Part shown: positions 36,601 to 49,100 of the stretch, in pieces
How positions within the stretch are numbered: the stretch's first letter is position 1
How the letters are laid out: the number at the start of each line of letters is the position of its first letter
Assembly (NCBI GenBank): GCA_964270895.1
Contig: OZ185442.1
DNA: 64,000 nucleotides
Origin: Podarcis filfolensis
Taxonomy: Eukaryota
Reading direction: 5' to 3' (one strand)
Translations under genes and position numbers: made by a program
Notes under the pieces: model-generated
What the model saw: the letters and a program-made list of their open reading frames with translations, nothing else
What the model was told of the DNA's origin: nothing
The model's database searches: none

Positions 36601-39600
36601 GCCACATTTTCCACAACTACATCAATGCTGAAATTTTTACACAATTTACACAATCGTGTAAAAACATTCAGAAACAGTTAACATAAAAGCAAAGTCTAAA
36701 TAAGTAATACAATAACATAATGAAAAGTATAATATAGCTACAATGCTAAAAACAACCACCACCCAGTGATTTGTACATCAACATTTAAGGGAGCATACAG
36801 CTCAAGGAAAAAATACCGGTGACTTCACATCCAAATGTAACATTGACACACTTTGCAATGCCAACACCCCTTTTTATACCTCAGCCCAAAAAGCCAGTAA
36901 ATCCTCTCAGAGTTGTTCCAGCAGCCTCTGCAAAGGGGCCATAGTAGAGCATTACCTGCCCTTGTGAATTCTGTTTCAGTTTTACCTTAAATGGGCTGGG
37001 GTGGACGCACTGCCTTTCCAAAGGGATGGAGACCATGTACCTGTGTGGCACAGTGGGGCAGGACTCAAGTCACATTCCCCATCACCCTGGTCCTTCTGCA
37101 CGACGTGTTCTTCCAGTTTTCGTGGTGCTTTTACAGTAACTTTGAGCTTGCCATTTCCACCACTTTTTGTGTAGAAATCCACTGCCTCCTTCACCCGGAC
37201 ACCCCCAGATTGCAGATTTTGGCCTATAGCAAGCAATGCGCCTAAATGTTGTGTACAGCGCTTGTGACAATGACTCTTCAAATTTGTCCATAGAATGTTT
37301 TAGTGCTGAAGCTCTCTAGGGGTAAGTTCTAAATATTTTCCCTCCCTTCTGATCAACTCTTTAAAGGTGCAGAAGTCCCACCAGCTCCCCTTTTCAAAGA
37401 GTGCCAGATGTGAGCCACACTCACAAAGGGATAATTGGGAGGATGCAGCAAGGCTCCTGATTATTCCTTTGCCAGTGTGTGCCAGAGTTAAATTTGGTGC
37501 CTGATGCAAGCCACACTACTTCAGTTGGTGTTGAGTGATTTGCCCATGCACCATGGATCAGCCCCACCCATTTGTCAAACGTGGCTAATGGTTTCAGGCA
37601 CAATTTGACCCAGAAGTGGTTCCCTAGCCCTGTCTCAAAGGTACATGAGTTCTCTTTCCTACTTCACATCTGGTTACCTTAGCCTTAATCCAAGAATGCA
37701 GATTCTGTGGCACTCTTGATGTTGTTGTATTCCAGCAACTTCCATCATCCCTGCCTGGGCCATGTTGGCTGGGGCTGATTGGAGTCGGAGTCCAACAATA
37801 TCGTTTTCCCCTTCTTTGCCTTTATCTCCAACGTGAAGCCATGGTTTGTGTGTACTTGGCCTTATAAGACACACACTCTGCACATGCTCACAGGCAATTT
37901 CTTGCCCCTGCCTTGTGGTCTGTCAAAAAACAAACCTGCCAATTGAACAAAGATATTAATGTGGATACTGTGAACAGGCTGGGGACAAGCAGGGCCGCTC
38001 GCTTGCGTTAATGTCCTCTTGTCAACACCCTCTGGTCTAAGAAACATGAAGCTGTGTCCCAAGAGAAGGCGCTTAAGGAGGGGAAAGACCTCTCTGTAGG
38101 ACAGAGCAGCCAAGAAGGCCTCAGGCCTAGACCTAGGGCTAGGGTTGCCACTGAAATTTCACCTGAAGCAAAATTCGAGGCAAACATGCGTTGTGTTCCT
38201 CCAGAGGCGAAACACCCAAGGGAACTCAGAAGGGCATCGATGAGACGAACAACGTTTCACGGTGATCTTTTGCCACCACATTTCATTCAAAGTGAAATTT
38301 GGAGCTTGGAAATTCTGGGGTTTCTCCTCAGGCGAAACGCCTGGGGGGAAATCTCAGGAAAGCTAGAAGTTTCGACACAACCAGCAAAATAATATAGATA
38401 ACAATCTACAGCAGAGGTTTGAATACCCCCGTGCCACGGAGACAGGCTTCGTTAGAGGAGTGCACCTGCAAACATTGGTGTGGAAAATGCCAGCCGCCTG
38501 TATAGGCAAGGGGAGAGATAGTAGTGAGCCACAGACCCCCTCCTTCTCTCCCTGCACTCCACCCCATAACTTGTTGTGCCTTCTGCCACCTCACCCCCCA
38601 AAAACCTGCCCCATTCCCTGTACTTTCCCCCCGCCTGCTGCTCCCCTCCCCCGCCCTGCTCCCCCGGGAGCACACTCTAATAATGTATTTGATCGACTGG
38701 CGGCCGCGGACAAGCGATTATTGTCTTGTAGGGAGTCAAAAGTATTGATCGGGGGAGAAATATGAGCAGCGCGATGGAGCCGGCGCGTCACATACAATAA
38801 CCACAGCCCCGGGGGAGCGCCCGCGACACCGGCCGTCTCCTCTCATTACCGCCCGCCTCAGCCAGCCGCGGGGACAGGGAGACAGGGACCGGGCAGGGCG
38901 ACTCTGCTCTTGCCCCTCAATGCTGACCCGCAGGCCTATTGCTATTCCAGCCGCAGGTTCCTCATAGACGGCATGGGTTGTGAGCTGTGTGGGGGGGTAG
39001 GGAGCATGGCTGGCTCCTTAATGAATCTCTTTGCCCCCCTGAACAGCTTGGCTGGTGTGTCGCAGTTGCAACCTGTAGCTCTCCACTCCAGCAGAAAGAG
39101 GTCCTAATACTCCAGGTGGCCTGGGAGCAGGCATCTCTTCTGACCTGAAAGTCTGAGGATCTTATCCCAGAGATGTGGTGAGATTGCTCTGTACATGTTC
39201 AGAGGCCCTCTGAGCTAAACCTTAGGTCAAAGGAAAGCCTGCCTGCAATCACATTCCCAAACTGGTGCACATCTCACAACTTTGATACCCTAGTTTGAGG
39301 GCAAACTTCAGCCTTCGTCTTATATCCTGCATCAATGCATTGGCATCCCACTGTCTAGCAACTGCTGCTGACCTAACTCACAGTGAAGGATGCAGTGAGA
39401 ATGGATCATGAGGACTTTTTGCTGCCAGTCTAATTCAGGAACTCCTACTCCAAGAATTAAACACCGGTCCATTGTTCTTTTGTCACAGTAGAGTCAAACA
39501 GCCTTGGCTGCTTAGATTGCAAGTCCCAAGCCTCCTAACCAAGCAATAACTCCCATTAAATTCAGTTGGACATAATTCCAAGTAAGCATGTTTAGGACTG

Positions 39601-40091
39601 GGCTGCTGAAGTTTCGTTTCGTTTTAGTGATAGATCCCCTCTCTCAAAATCACAACTGCAGTGTTCCTGTTTTGCAGGGCAAGAGCTGTACAGTACTTTC
39701 AAAGTTGCAAAACTGTTTTCACAGTTTTTCGTTGTTGTTTGCAATGACCCTGTGAGGCAGGGCACTGTTCCCATTTTACATATCAGGGACTGACATTGGA
39801 TCACTGGCTTAAGGCCTCTCAACGAATAACTTGTTTTGATCCATGCTTTCCTGCTTCTGTTCACAAGCTGCTGGGCCCTTTTAAGTGAACATGTATATAG
39901 AGCTGTCTTTATATAAAGAGTTCTTCTAGTCCAGTATTGCCTACTTTGACTGATGGTGTCTCTCCAAGGACTCAAACAGAGTTCTTTCACTTCTTGGCAA
40001 TGTTGAGACTTTTAAAGTGAAGACACTGGGCTGGAGTCTAAAACATTTGGAGGGCACCAGGTCGGAGAAGGCTGCTCTATTAGTTCTGGTA

Positions 40092-40156
<65 letters not shown>

Positions 40157-43100
40157 TGTGTGAAGTCTCTCTTACTCTGGGACTCATAACCCTCTTATTC
40201 CAGCCCCTGGGCTCTCTAAACTTACATAAGCAGCTGTGGATATGTGCTTTTAACTCCCATACACCCAATTAGTCTAAGCCTAAATTAGTAGAGGGGTGTG
40301 TGTGATTTTCTGGACGGCGCAAGTTTGACTTGAAATGGGTTAGAGCAAAGGTATACAAGATGGGATGTAAGCAATTTTCTGTCTTGGAAAATTGTTATTC
40401 ATGGGCTTGTTAGGGGCATAGATTGTAGGTGTGTCTGGGTGGCCATGTGTCACAGTGTTCCTGGATGTGGGTGGGCACAATTGCTTTCTTGTGTATTTTA
40501 GGGGCTTTGCCCCTGGGCAAAGTCTGGCCTCTTAGCTGCCAATCCTGAAGGCAAAAGTGGGATGTGGATAAGCAGAACATGTGGCAATGAGACTTGGCAG
40601 CTGGTGAGCATGAATTGGGGCCTTTGCGCTTCAACCCTCACTCCAGAGTGGCTCTCTGGCAGAACTAGCTGCTGATCTGAGCTGTGAATACAAATGGCTT
40701 GCTCTCACGTAGACATTGCATATAAGGGGTTCATGGAGAATAAAACTCTCAATGGCTACTAGCCATGATGGCTGTGCTCTTTCTCCATTGACAGTGGCAG
40801 TGATGCTTCTGAATACCAGTTGCTGGAAGCAAGAGTGCTCTCTTGTGCTCAGGTCCTGCTTGCAATCGTCCCAGAAGCATCTGGTTGACCACTGTGAGAA
40901 CAGGATCCTGGACTAGATGGGTCATTGGCCTGATCCAGCAGGCTCTTTTTACGTTATTATCTTGCATATAGTAAATAAATGATCTCAGGTCAGACTACTT
41001 GCATTACGAAAACCTCTAACCAATGATAAATCCATAATTATCACTGTCTGTATTTCTCTGTTTTTTCTTTCCTTCCTTCTCACTTTTAACAACTCCCCCC
41101 CTCACCCCATCCCAAGCCATGTATAGCTTTACCTGCAGCTCCAGATAATACTTTGATACATTTGATGAAGTGTAGGTTCGGTCATAATAAATGTACTAGT
41201 CTTTAAGGAGCCACAAGACTCTTCATTGTTTTTGCTGCAAGAGACTCGCACAGCTACCCCTCTGAAAAAAGCAAAACTCAGTGTACTCCTGGCTGTCCAA
41301 ATGTGTGAGACTGTGAGTAGTAGTGTTTGGTGGATGCACTGATGCTTGTGTGTGTGTGTGTGTGTGTGTGTGTTTGTGCATGTGTCACATTGCTGAGAGC
41401 GAATGTGATGGTCATCATGTGCAAGGGAGAGCTGTTGGGTGGGACCGTGCTGTCTCTCAGACTGGAACAGGCCACATCGCCACAGGTGAGTGTGAGAACT
41501 GGTGGCATGCTGCTTCCCCCCAGTGGTGAGTTGGCAAAAATGCAGAACCAACTGCTAGCATCCAGCAGCAGCTATGTGTTGTCTTACTTACTTAGGTTTT
41601 ATGGGGCTTAGAGCTTATCCACATTTACCTTTTGCCCCACTTATTCCAGGCATAGGTCCATGCTTTCAAGCGTTGTGTCTGATTGAGTGCTAAAGAGCGG
41701 GCTTTTGCAGGGAAAGCTCTGGGACAAAAAAAGGGGTGCTCGGACTCAGAGCTTTAAAGTGTGGACCGTGTCTGGAAAGAGCAGAGGAAAGGTAAGTGTG
41801 GATAAACCCTGAGCCCCAGAATCTGTTTCTAATGCCAGAGGTCAGCCCTAGAGCATATGATGCAATAAGAAAACTGCCTCTGAGTATAAATAGAGTGGTT
41901 TTCTCTCACCACCAGTTAACCACAGCCAGCCCCCACATTTCTGGTGTTTGGGGAGGGTTTCCAGGGTTCATCAGTCTGGAGTCACCCCAACTGTGAAGAC
42001 AGAAAGGTGGTTTTTGTCTCTTCAGGGATAGCTAAACCTGGTTGAGTAGATGCCTCACCATCTTAACATAATAAGCTCCACATTGAGTCTTCCACAATGA
42101 GCTGTGAGGATATTCAGTTAAGAAGACCATCATTATGAGATTTCCTGTAAGACGTAGGATGGGATTAGGATTGCTAGGTCCAGACCCTCAGAGATCACAT
42201 TTACCATTTCAGGGCTGTTTCTCTGTCTTATCATCCAGACAGTCTGAGTCCTGCTGTACCACCTGGGGACCCGAGGCACTTGCCTAGGGCTGTGTACACA
42301 TTACTGGCTTAAAACACAGTTAGGCTGCTTCCCCCCCCCCCAATCAGATCGAAGCTGGTTCTGGTTGGGGGTTTTGGGAATGCATAAGAATGTAGTTTTT
42401 CCTAGGAAATGACAAGGCAGATAAAGAATATCTATGGATTGTGACCAACCTGGTGCGAACGCTGCTTCCCAAAGCAGTGGTGAGGGCACACAGGATGCAG
42501 TGCAAACAGGATTGTGCGTACACAGCCCTGGACAGCATTTCTCCAGCCACCACCAAAGGGCTTCAGTTTCCTTTTCCCCCAGTCCCACATTAGCACACAT
42601 GCTTCTGCTGCTAAGGACATGCCAACCAACAGATAGGGATTGTGACAGCAGCTGCAGAAGGAGTACCTACTAGGCCTGGGACCCAGGTTTTAAGGATTGT
42701 CTGGATGAACAAGTCCTTGACCCAAGAAGACTAAAGTCCACTGAGAGGTATTGGGGGCAGTGGCAAGCTGGAGGTTGATGGGAAATGTATTGTATATCCA
42801 AGGGAGGCCCTAAGGCTCTTGACAAGCTATTGGCTATATGCAGTATTTGAGGTGGGATGTAGGACTGGAGTTGCAGGATCTAGTTTGTGTGTGTGTTTTG
42901 GGGAGAGGGACTGTGTTGCTGTTTTAATCTTTCAGCTAGCATGCCAGAAAGATTATAAATGGTCCCACTCACATTGGGGGTTGGGGCTGGGCATTATTCC
43001 AGATTCAAGAGAAAATTTATCTGTGCTCATGCCCAGGTATGTAGTACAGCATGTGTGAGAGAATGTGGTGCCGTGGTGTGTGCATTTTGCACGAACCCTT

Positions 43101-46100
43101 CACACCACATCTCTGTTGGGTGTCCAGGAGCCCTGAGTATGGCAAGCACAAAGGGGAGGGCAGCACCTGTGGGCGACAAGGGTAATTGGCAGGTAACACA
43201 CATGCCCACGCACATGTGTTTGTTGTGTGCCAGTCCTTGCAGTGTTCTTGGCTCCCACCCCCCAACATACCGCTATGGCTTCTTCCTCCCAGCTGCTTCC
43301 TGCCGCATTCACTGTTCTTGCTTCTGAAGCACCAGGGGACTCCCCCGGCTCTGCCCCAAGCTCAGAGGCCCTTCCTTGTCCCGCCATCCGCTCTTCCCCT
43401 CTCTGGAAGAGGTACCGGCTGTCAGCGGCAGGCAGGGCTCTCCAATGCTCTCTCTCCTGCACCAGAAGCATCGTTGCCATGGTGAACTCAGGGCTGTGGG
43501 CGGCAGGTAAGTGCCAGAGGATATACTGGTGCCAAACTGAGTGCATGGGCCACAAACAATGCTGCCCCTGTCACACCCCACTTTCAGCACTTTTTGAAAA
43601 CTATTGTCTATCGCCAGTCCTGTCTTCTCTGCAGCTCAGTGCAAAGGTGAAGGGAGAGGATAGGGTTTGGGGAAAGAGACTCCAGTAGGCCTGAGGTCAG
43701 GGCTGGAGCATGGAGTTGGGGATAAGCAGCAAAAGCACACTGGGACTTACGGATGAAAGGTATTTGAAACAGAGGGGAGCATTCTAGCTTTTCTCTAGTG
43801 GGGCTCCTGTGCCCAAGAGCTCCCTGCCAGGCAGAAAGCCAGCTGGAATGTTTTTGTCCCTGCATAGAGATGTGGGCTTGGGGGTGGGATGGGGGGAAGC
43901 GCCACACCTAATTTCTGCTGTTAAAGTCACAGGAGCCCTGCTGGGAAAAAGGTGGCAACCTGACTAAGAGCACAGGCCAAGATTTCCAACTTTGTAAGCA
44001 ACCACAGTAGCTGTGCCTTCAGCAACAACTCTATGTACAGCCATTAGCAAGTGATGCTTATCTCCTTGCTGTGAAAAGTTTCACTTGCTGATTTCTGCAG
44101 AGCGAGGTACTGTTAAAAGCACAGGCTCTGGTCACTATGCAAACCGAGCTGGCTGCGAGGGTAGTCCCAAACTTATTTCTATCCTCCAGCGTACTGATGA
44201 AGAACCTGTGGCCGTTGCTGGGCCACAGTTCCCTTTAACCCTGGCCATTGAACGAGCTGGCTGGGGCTGGCAAGAGCTTGAGTCCAACGACATCTCTAGA
44301 GTTACTGCTTCCCCATCATTGCTGCATAACTTTAGATTGAAGCAAACAAACCAGTTTACTCTCCCTGTTCCCCTCAGGCTTCCAAATTCCTGCAAGGCTT
44401 CCTGAAATCCAAGGAGACAGCAGGCTGTCCCATGCAAAAGAAGACACTGTCCCTGTATCTGTCATAGCTGCTTGCACAGTACTATTTTTGCAGGAACGAA
44501 AACAGATTCCCTTTCCTGCAAAATGACTAAAATGGCTCAGAGCTCTGCCTTCCATTGTATCTGGCTACCCTAGCTGTTTCCATCCCAGTGTTTTCCTGCA
44601 GAGGGTGCTGTAGAGAGCCAAGGCAGGAGAATGAGGACCGGCTGCTAGGGGTAGGAGGAGCGCTGCCCGGAGGCTGGTTTCTGGGCTTCTGTTTTTAGCT
44701 GGGGTTTCAGTAAATTGGAGTCTGTTTTTAAAACATCTAAAAATGTGAAAGGGAAGCAGAAGTGAAAGCCAGCAAAGGGTGGCCGGCAGTTTGGAGGACT
44801 GCGGTGGAGGAGGGGAGAGGCTGGAGAAGCATCATCTCTCAGGTCCAGCTGTAGCTGCCGGGTTCCCTTGAGAGAGAACTTGTGCAAATTTAAGAGCCAC
44901 AGTGAGGAGGAAACTCCTGAAATTATTTCATGAGTGACGTGACAATTGGTAAAATTGCCACTTAAAAAAAATAGGCCCTGCTCCTGTATCTCTATGGCAG
45001 TAATTCGAGATTCAGACATTCAGCTGGTGAGGCTTTTCCGGATGTGGAGATAAAACTTTCCCCAACAGATTTCTGAAGAAATTCTTGTATGTCTGGCTGC
45101 TGTTAAAGGCACAGGGGCAGGACCCCTGAAAACATCTTACTTCCCTAAAGCAGCAGTCTTGGGCCATTTCAGAATCAGGACGCGCTTTTTCACACTGCTG
45201 TGCAACTTCAGACCCACTCTTCAATTTTCTGCCATTTGTACGTTTTTCTTCTTCCCTCTGTTTTTCGCCATTTCTTGGCTCTTCCATAGTGTCAACATCT
45301 TCAGATGGGATTCCATTGCATAGCGACACATTCAGGCTGCACAATTTGGAGTTCTTGCTCAGCAAACCTGCTTCCCCAAAGAAGCAGACTTTCTGTGGTA
45401 AGCAAAGTGGAAACCGTGTGATGACATCCTCTTGACAATAAGGATGACAAAATCTGCCCATTTGGGTTTCTCTGAGTTTCTCATTTTTCCAGTCTTAAAT
45501 GCAATTCTCCACATTTCCACATGAGCTTGCAACTTAAAGAAGAAGAAAAAAGTTCTCACAAAAACTCACCAGCATTTTAGTGTGAATTTTGCCTAATATA
45601 TACACACACATGTCTGTTTGTATGCAATTTTGCCTAACTCAACTGAATTTTGAAGAATGGCTGTGTTTTGGTTTGTGTATTGTTTTGGAAAGTACATAAA
45701 GTATGTAAATTCAACTTTAAATAAGAACTGAATAGGATCCCACCCCCTCGCCCAATCCGTCTTTGAATCAGTGTCTCCTGCAAACAAATCAGAATGAATT
45801 CTCAATAAAAAGCCAGCATAGTCTAACCTCCTTGCAAATAGATCAAGATGATTGCTCAAGAAATAGATTGTTTGGAAGCAACATCTCTCTGCCTCTCTCC
45901 CCTTATCTTCTTCTCCAATTGTCTGTTTCTCTGTGTGTTTCTCTTCCTTTTTAAAAAAGACAGTAAGCAAAAGAGTTTTGGTGCCTGTGGTCTGACCAAC
46001 TTTAGGTGAGGGTGCAGTAACTCACTTAGAATCATAGAGTTGGAAGAGACCACAAGGGCCATCGAGTCCAACCCCCTGCCAAGCAGGAAACACCATCAGA

Positions 46101-49100
46101 GCACTCCTGACATATGGTTGTCAAGCCTCTGCTTAAAGACCTCCAAAGAAGGAGACTCCACCACACTCCTTGGCAGCAAATTCCACTGTCGAACAGCTCT
46201 TACTGTCAGGAAGTTCTTCCTAATGTTTAGGTGGAATCTTCTTTCTTGTAGTTTGGATCCATTGCTCCGTGTCCACTTCTCTGGAAAGAGAAGCGGACTT
46301 GTGGGTACCAACATCACCGGTTGACGACTAGCGCTGAAGCATCTTTGAATGTGGGATGGCTCAGTTGGTAGAGCATGAGACTCTTAATTTCAGGGTCACA
46401 GGCTGGAGCCCCCACATTGGGCAAAAGGATTCCTGCATTGCAGGGGATTGGATTACATGACCCTTGTGGCCCCTTCCAACGTTACAGTTCTAGGATTCTA
46501 TGAATGCTACAGGTATTGGAGGCACTAGCTGCCTTCAGACAAGTCTGAGATGACTATAAAGAACAGAATTGCCAAAGAATTTACTTCTGCTTTAAACCAT
46601 ACACACGTAGCAGAAGAAGTTGCTGCTTCTGGGCCTCCTACCCTAACCCTTCCCACATCTTGCTGCTGAAAGAATGAGAAAGGAGGATGGAGGGCAAACA
46701 GAGGACTGACTGGGACAGGAGATGCAGCTGGACACGCTTTCACTGCTTTAGTGTGGTTAAAAAGTAAAATGTAGAATCTCTGGGTTGTAACCTGATAGCC
46801 GTAGTGTAAAAATATATCTTAGATACAAACAATATGTTTTCACACACACCTGTTACTCACTTCATGCACATAGATGCACACAGCCATGCATAACACCCCA
46901 AGCATCTCGCACGTGCACACATTACCACTGTTAGTGCTGCTATTTCAGTTTGAGTGTCAGCGGTGGACAGAATTTGCAAGAAAAGTGAAAATTCAGTAAG
47001 AGAAGCCTTTGCAATAGGACAGAGTTTTAGTTGTTGTTGTTTGCAGATCACAACACATTTTTCCTGCGATCCGTATATTATTTTTGTATTTCTTGTTTAT
47101 TGAATATATTGGTCGCTTTTTAACCAAGGCAAGCCAAAGCAACCTACAGTATATAAACAAACACATCCATGAAAACTGGCATAAAAATACAAAGAAAAAT
47201 CTAAAAGGCAGATCTATTTTTTTAAAAAAGCTAGATTAAAACATCCCACCCACCAGGGGTGCCAACTTAAATAAAATATTGTGGGGGCCCAGGTAAGCCC
47301 CGCCCCGCAAAATTGATAGCATGATGCAGTGTGCACACACAATTTGAATGGGAATGCCCATCAACTTTGTGGGGGCCTGCCCCTCTAAAATATTTTATTG
47401 TGGGGGCCAATGCCCCCACAACCCCCAGGACTTGGGTCCTATGCCACCCACTCAAAGCTACAGAAAATTAAAAGCCAAAGGCCTGGGGGAAAATGTAATG
47501 TAATGTGATGTAATGATGGTGCCTGGCGAGCCACACCAGGGAGAGCATTCCACAAACGGAGCTACCACTGACAGGGCCTGTTCTCCTGTTGCTGCCCTCT
47601 GGTCCTCCCATGAAAGGCCTCAGAGGACAATTTCAGGGTCTGGGTTCATATGGGGAAGAGGCAGTCCTTGAGGTACTGGGGTCCTCAGCCGTATAAGACT
47701 ATAGGTCAAACAAGCACTTTGAATTGGGCCTGGAAACTAATTGGCAGCCAGTGCAGTTGGGCCAGGATTGGTGTTATGTGCTCGGACTGTACTTCCCCAG
47801 TGAGAAAGACCTCTGCAGAACTACCTCCTTGTACATGCCAGACAAGTGTCATTTCTCTTGTCTTTTCGGCACCTGATTTTTCAGCGCCTTCCTTTTTTCA
47901 TAAGCCTTTTAAGCAAAGATTTTCAGATGGTAGATATACCTGATTTGAATTTCTATTAATTGTTTATGTTTTTTATTGTTAATTATTTTGAAATGTTTTC
48001 AAGGGAAGTAATTCATAAGCTGAATAAGTAATTGTAAATAAATAACAGAGAAACTGACATAATTCTTACCCACTGTCAAAATATTTTAGGGCTGCCACAT
48101 TTTCATCTTACTGGGCTCCTGCGTCTTTAGCATTTGTTAGTCCTTTGTAATATTTGATCCCGGAACTCCCTGACAGGCAGAAATTCAATAAAGAAGGGTT
48201 TTCCTACTCACATCAGAAAACGTGTTGCCATTTAAATTTTCTGTTTGTCACCGAAGTCGTGCTAGGAGTTTGGGGTGTTTGTGTGCACATACCAATTCCT
48301 GATAGGGTTTGATCAACAAAATCTAATTCATTTGGGTTTAAGAATGGTACTTTAATTCCTTGCATTTGTAAATTGAATGAACGAGCCCATTGATGGGAAG
48401 GTGCATTTAATCTGAAAATATGGCTCTTCCATTTTTGGTACCGAATTAACAACATTCAAAGAAGGTGAGTTTGGATGTCATGTTTGTGTATCTTGTGGGC
48501 GGCGGGGGGGACGTAACCCTTTAGCTTATTATTCTTTCTCAAAACCAACTTGCTTGCCTCTTACTCATACATACCTACTGCCTCCCCATTATCTTTGATC
48601 AGAGGTTATAGAAACTGCTGATTTTTATCATTCTCACTATCGGTCGCCTTACTGTAGGTTGCTTGCAGCAATGAGTTCCACTTATACTGATCATTCTGTG
48701 TACAGTGCTGCCACCTGTTCCTCCTGCAGTTCCTCCCCTGCCTCTAACAGCAGTTTGACACTCAGAAATGGAGTAGGTGAACTTTTGCCCATCATTTCAT
48801 CAACACAGCAGGGAAAAAAGCTTCAGCCGTTTTATTTCTGCTTGTCATTGTCATTTTAAAAGGAGGCAAGCTAATTGTGAATATTCCTCAGTATCGTTTT
48901 GAACCTTCTTTAACTTCTGATGTTGCTTCACATCTACACCACCTCCTTCTAGATCTTGATTGTCATGAATCCCATGGAGATATCATGGAGGGGAATGGTT
49001 GGATTCTGAGGACGAATGGGTGGAGCTCGGGGAGTTGGAAATGGATGACCCTGGGGAGCGTGCTAGTGCAATGGGGAATGTGACATTGGGACCCTGAGAT

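Noticed and set aside
35700-36900. Possible pol remnants downstream of the PNMA-like gag (IEKSNPS...PLVL; YVLDEVWVS)
   Set aside because: The resemblance to RT motifs is too weak to distinguish from chance.
46353-46425. tRNA-Lys(CTT)-like sequence
   Set aside because: The acceptor stem and B box are mutated, and it continues directly into a CR1 tail. It is a SINE head, not a tRNA gene. The same applies to 846-987.
48170-48470. Complex-looking stretch ending in the donor-like AAG|GTGAGT
   Set aside because: No clear acceptor, stops in the + frame I translated and no recognisable protein or repeat family. Left unassigned.
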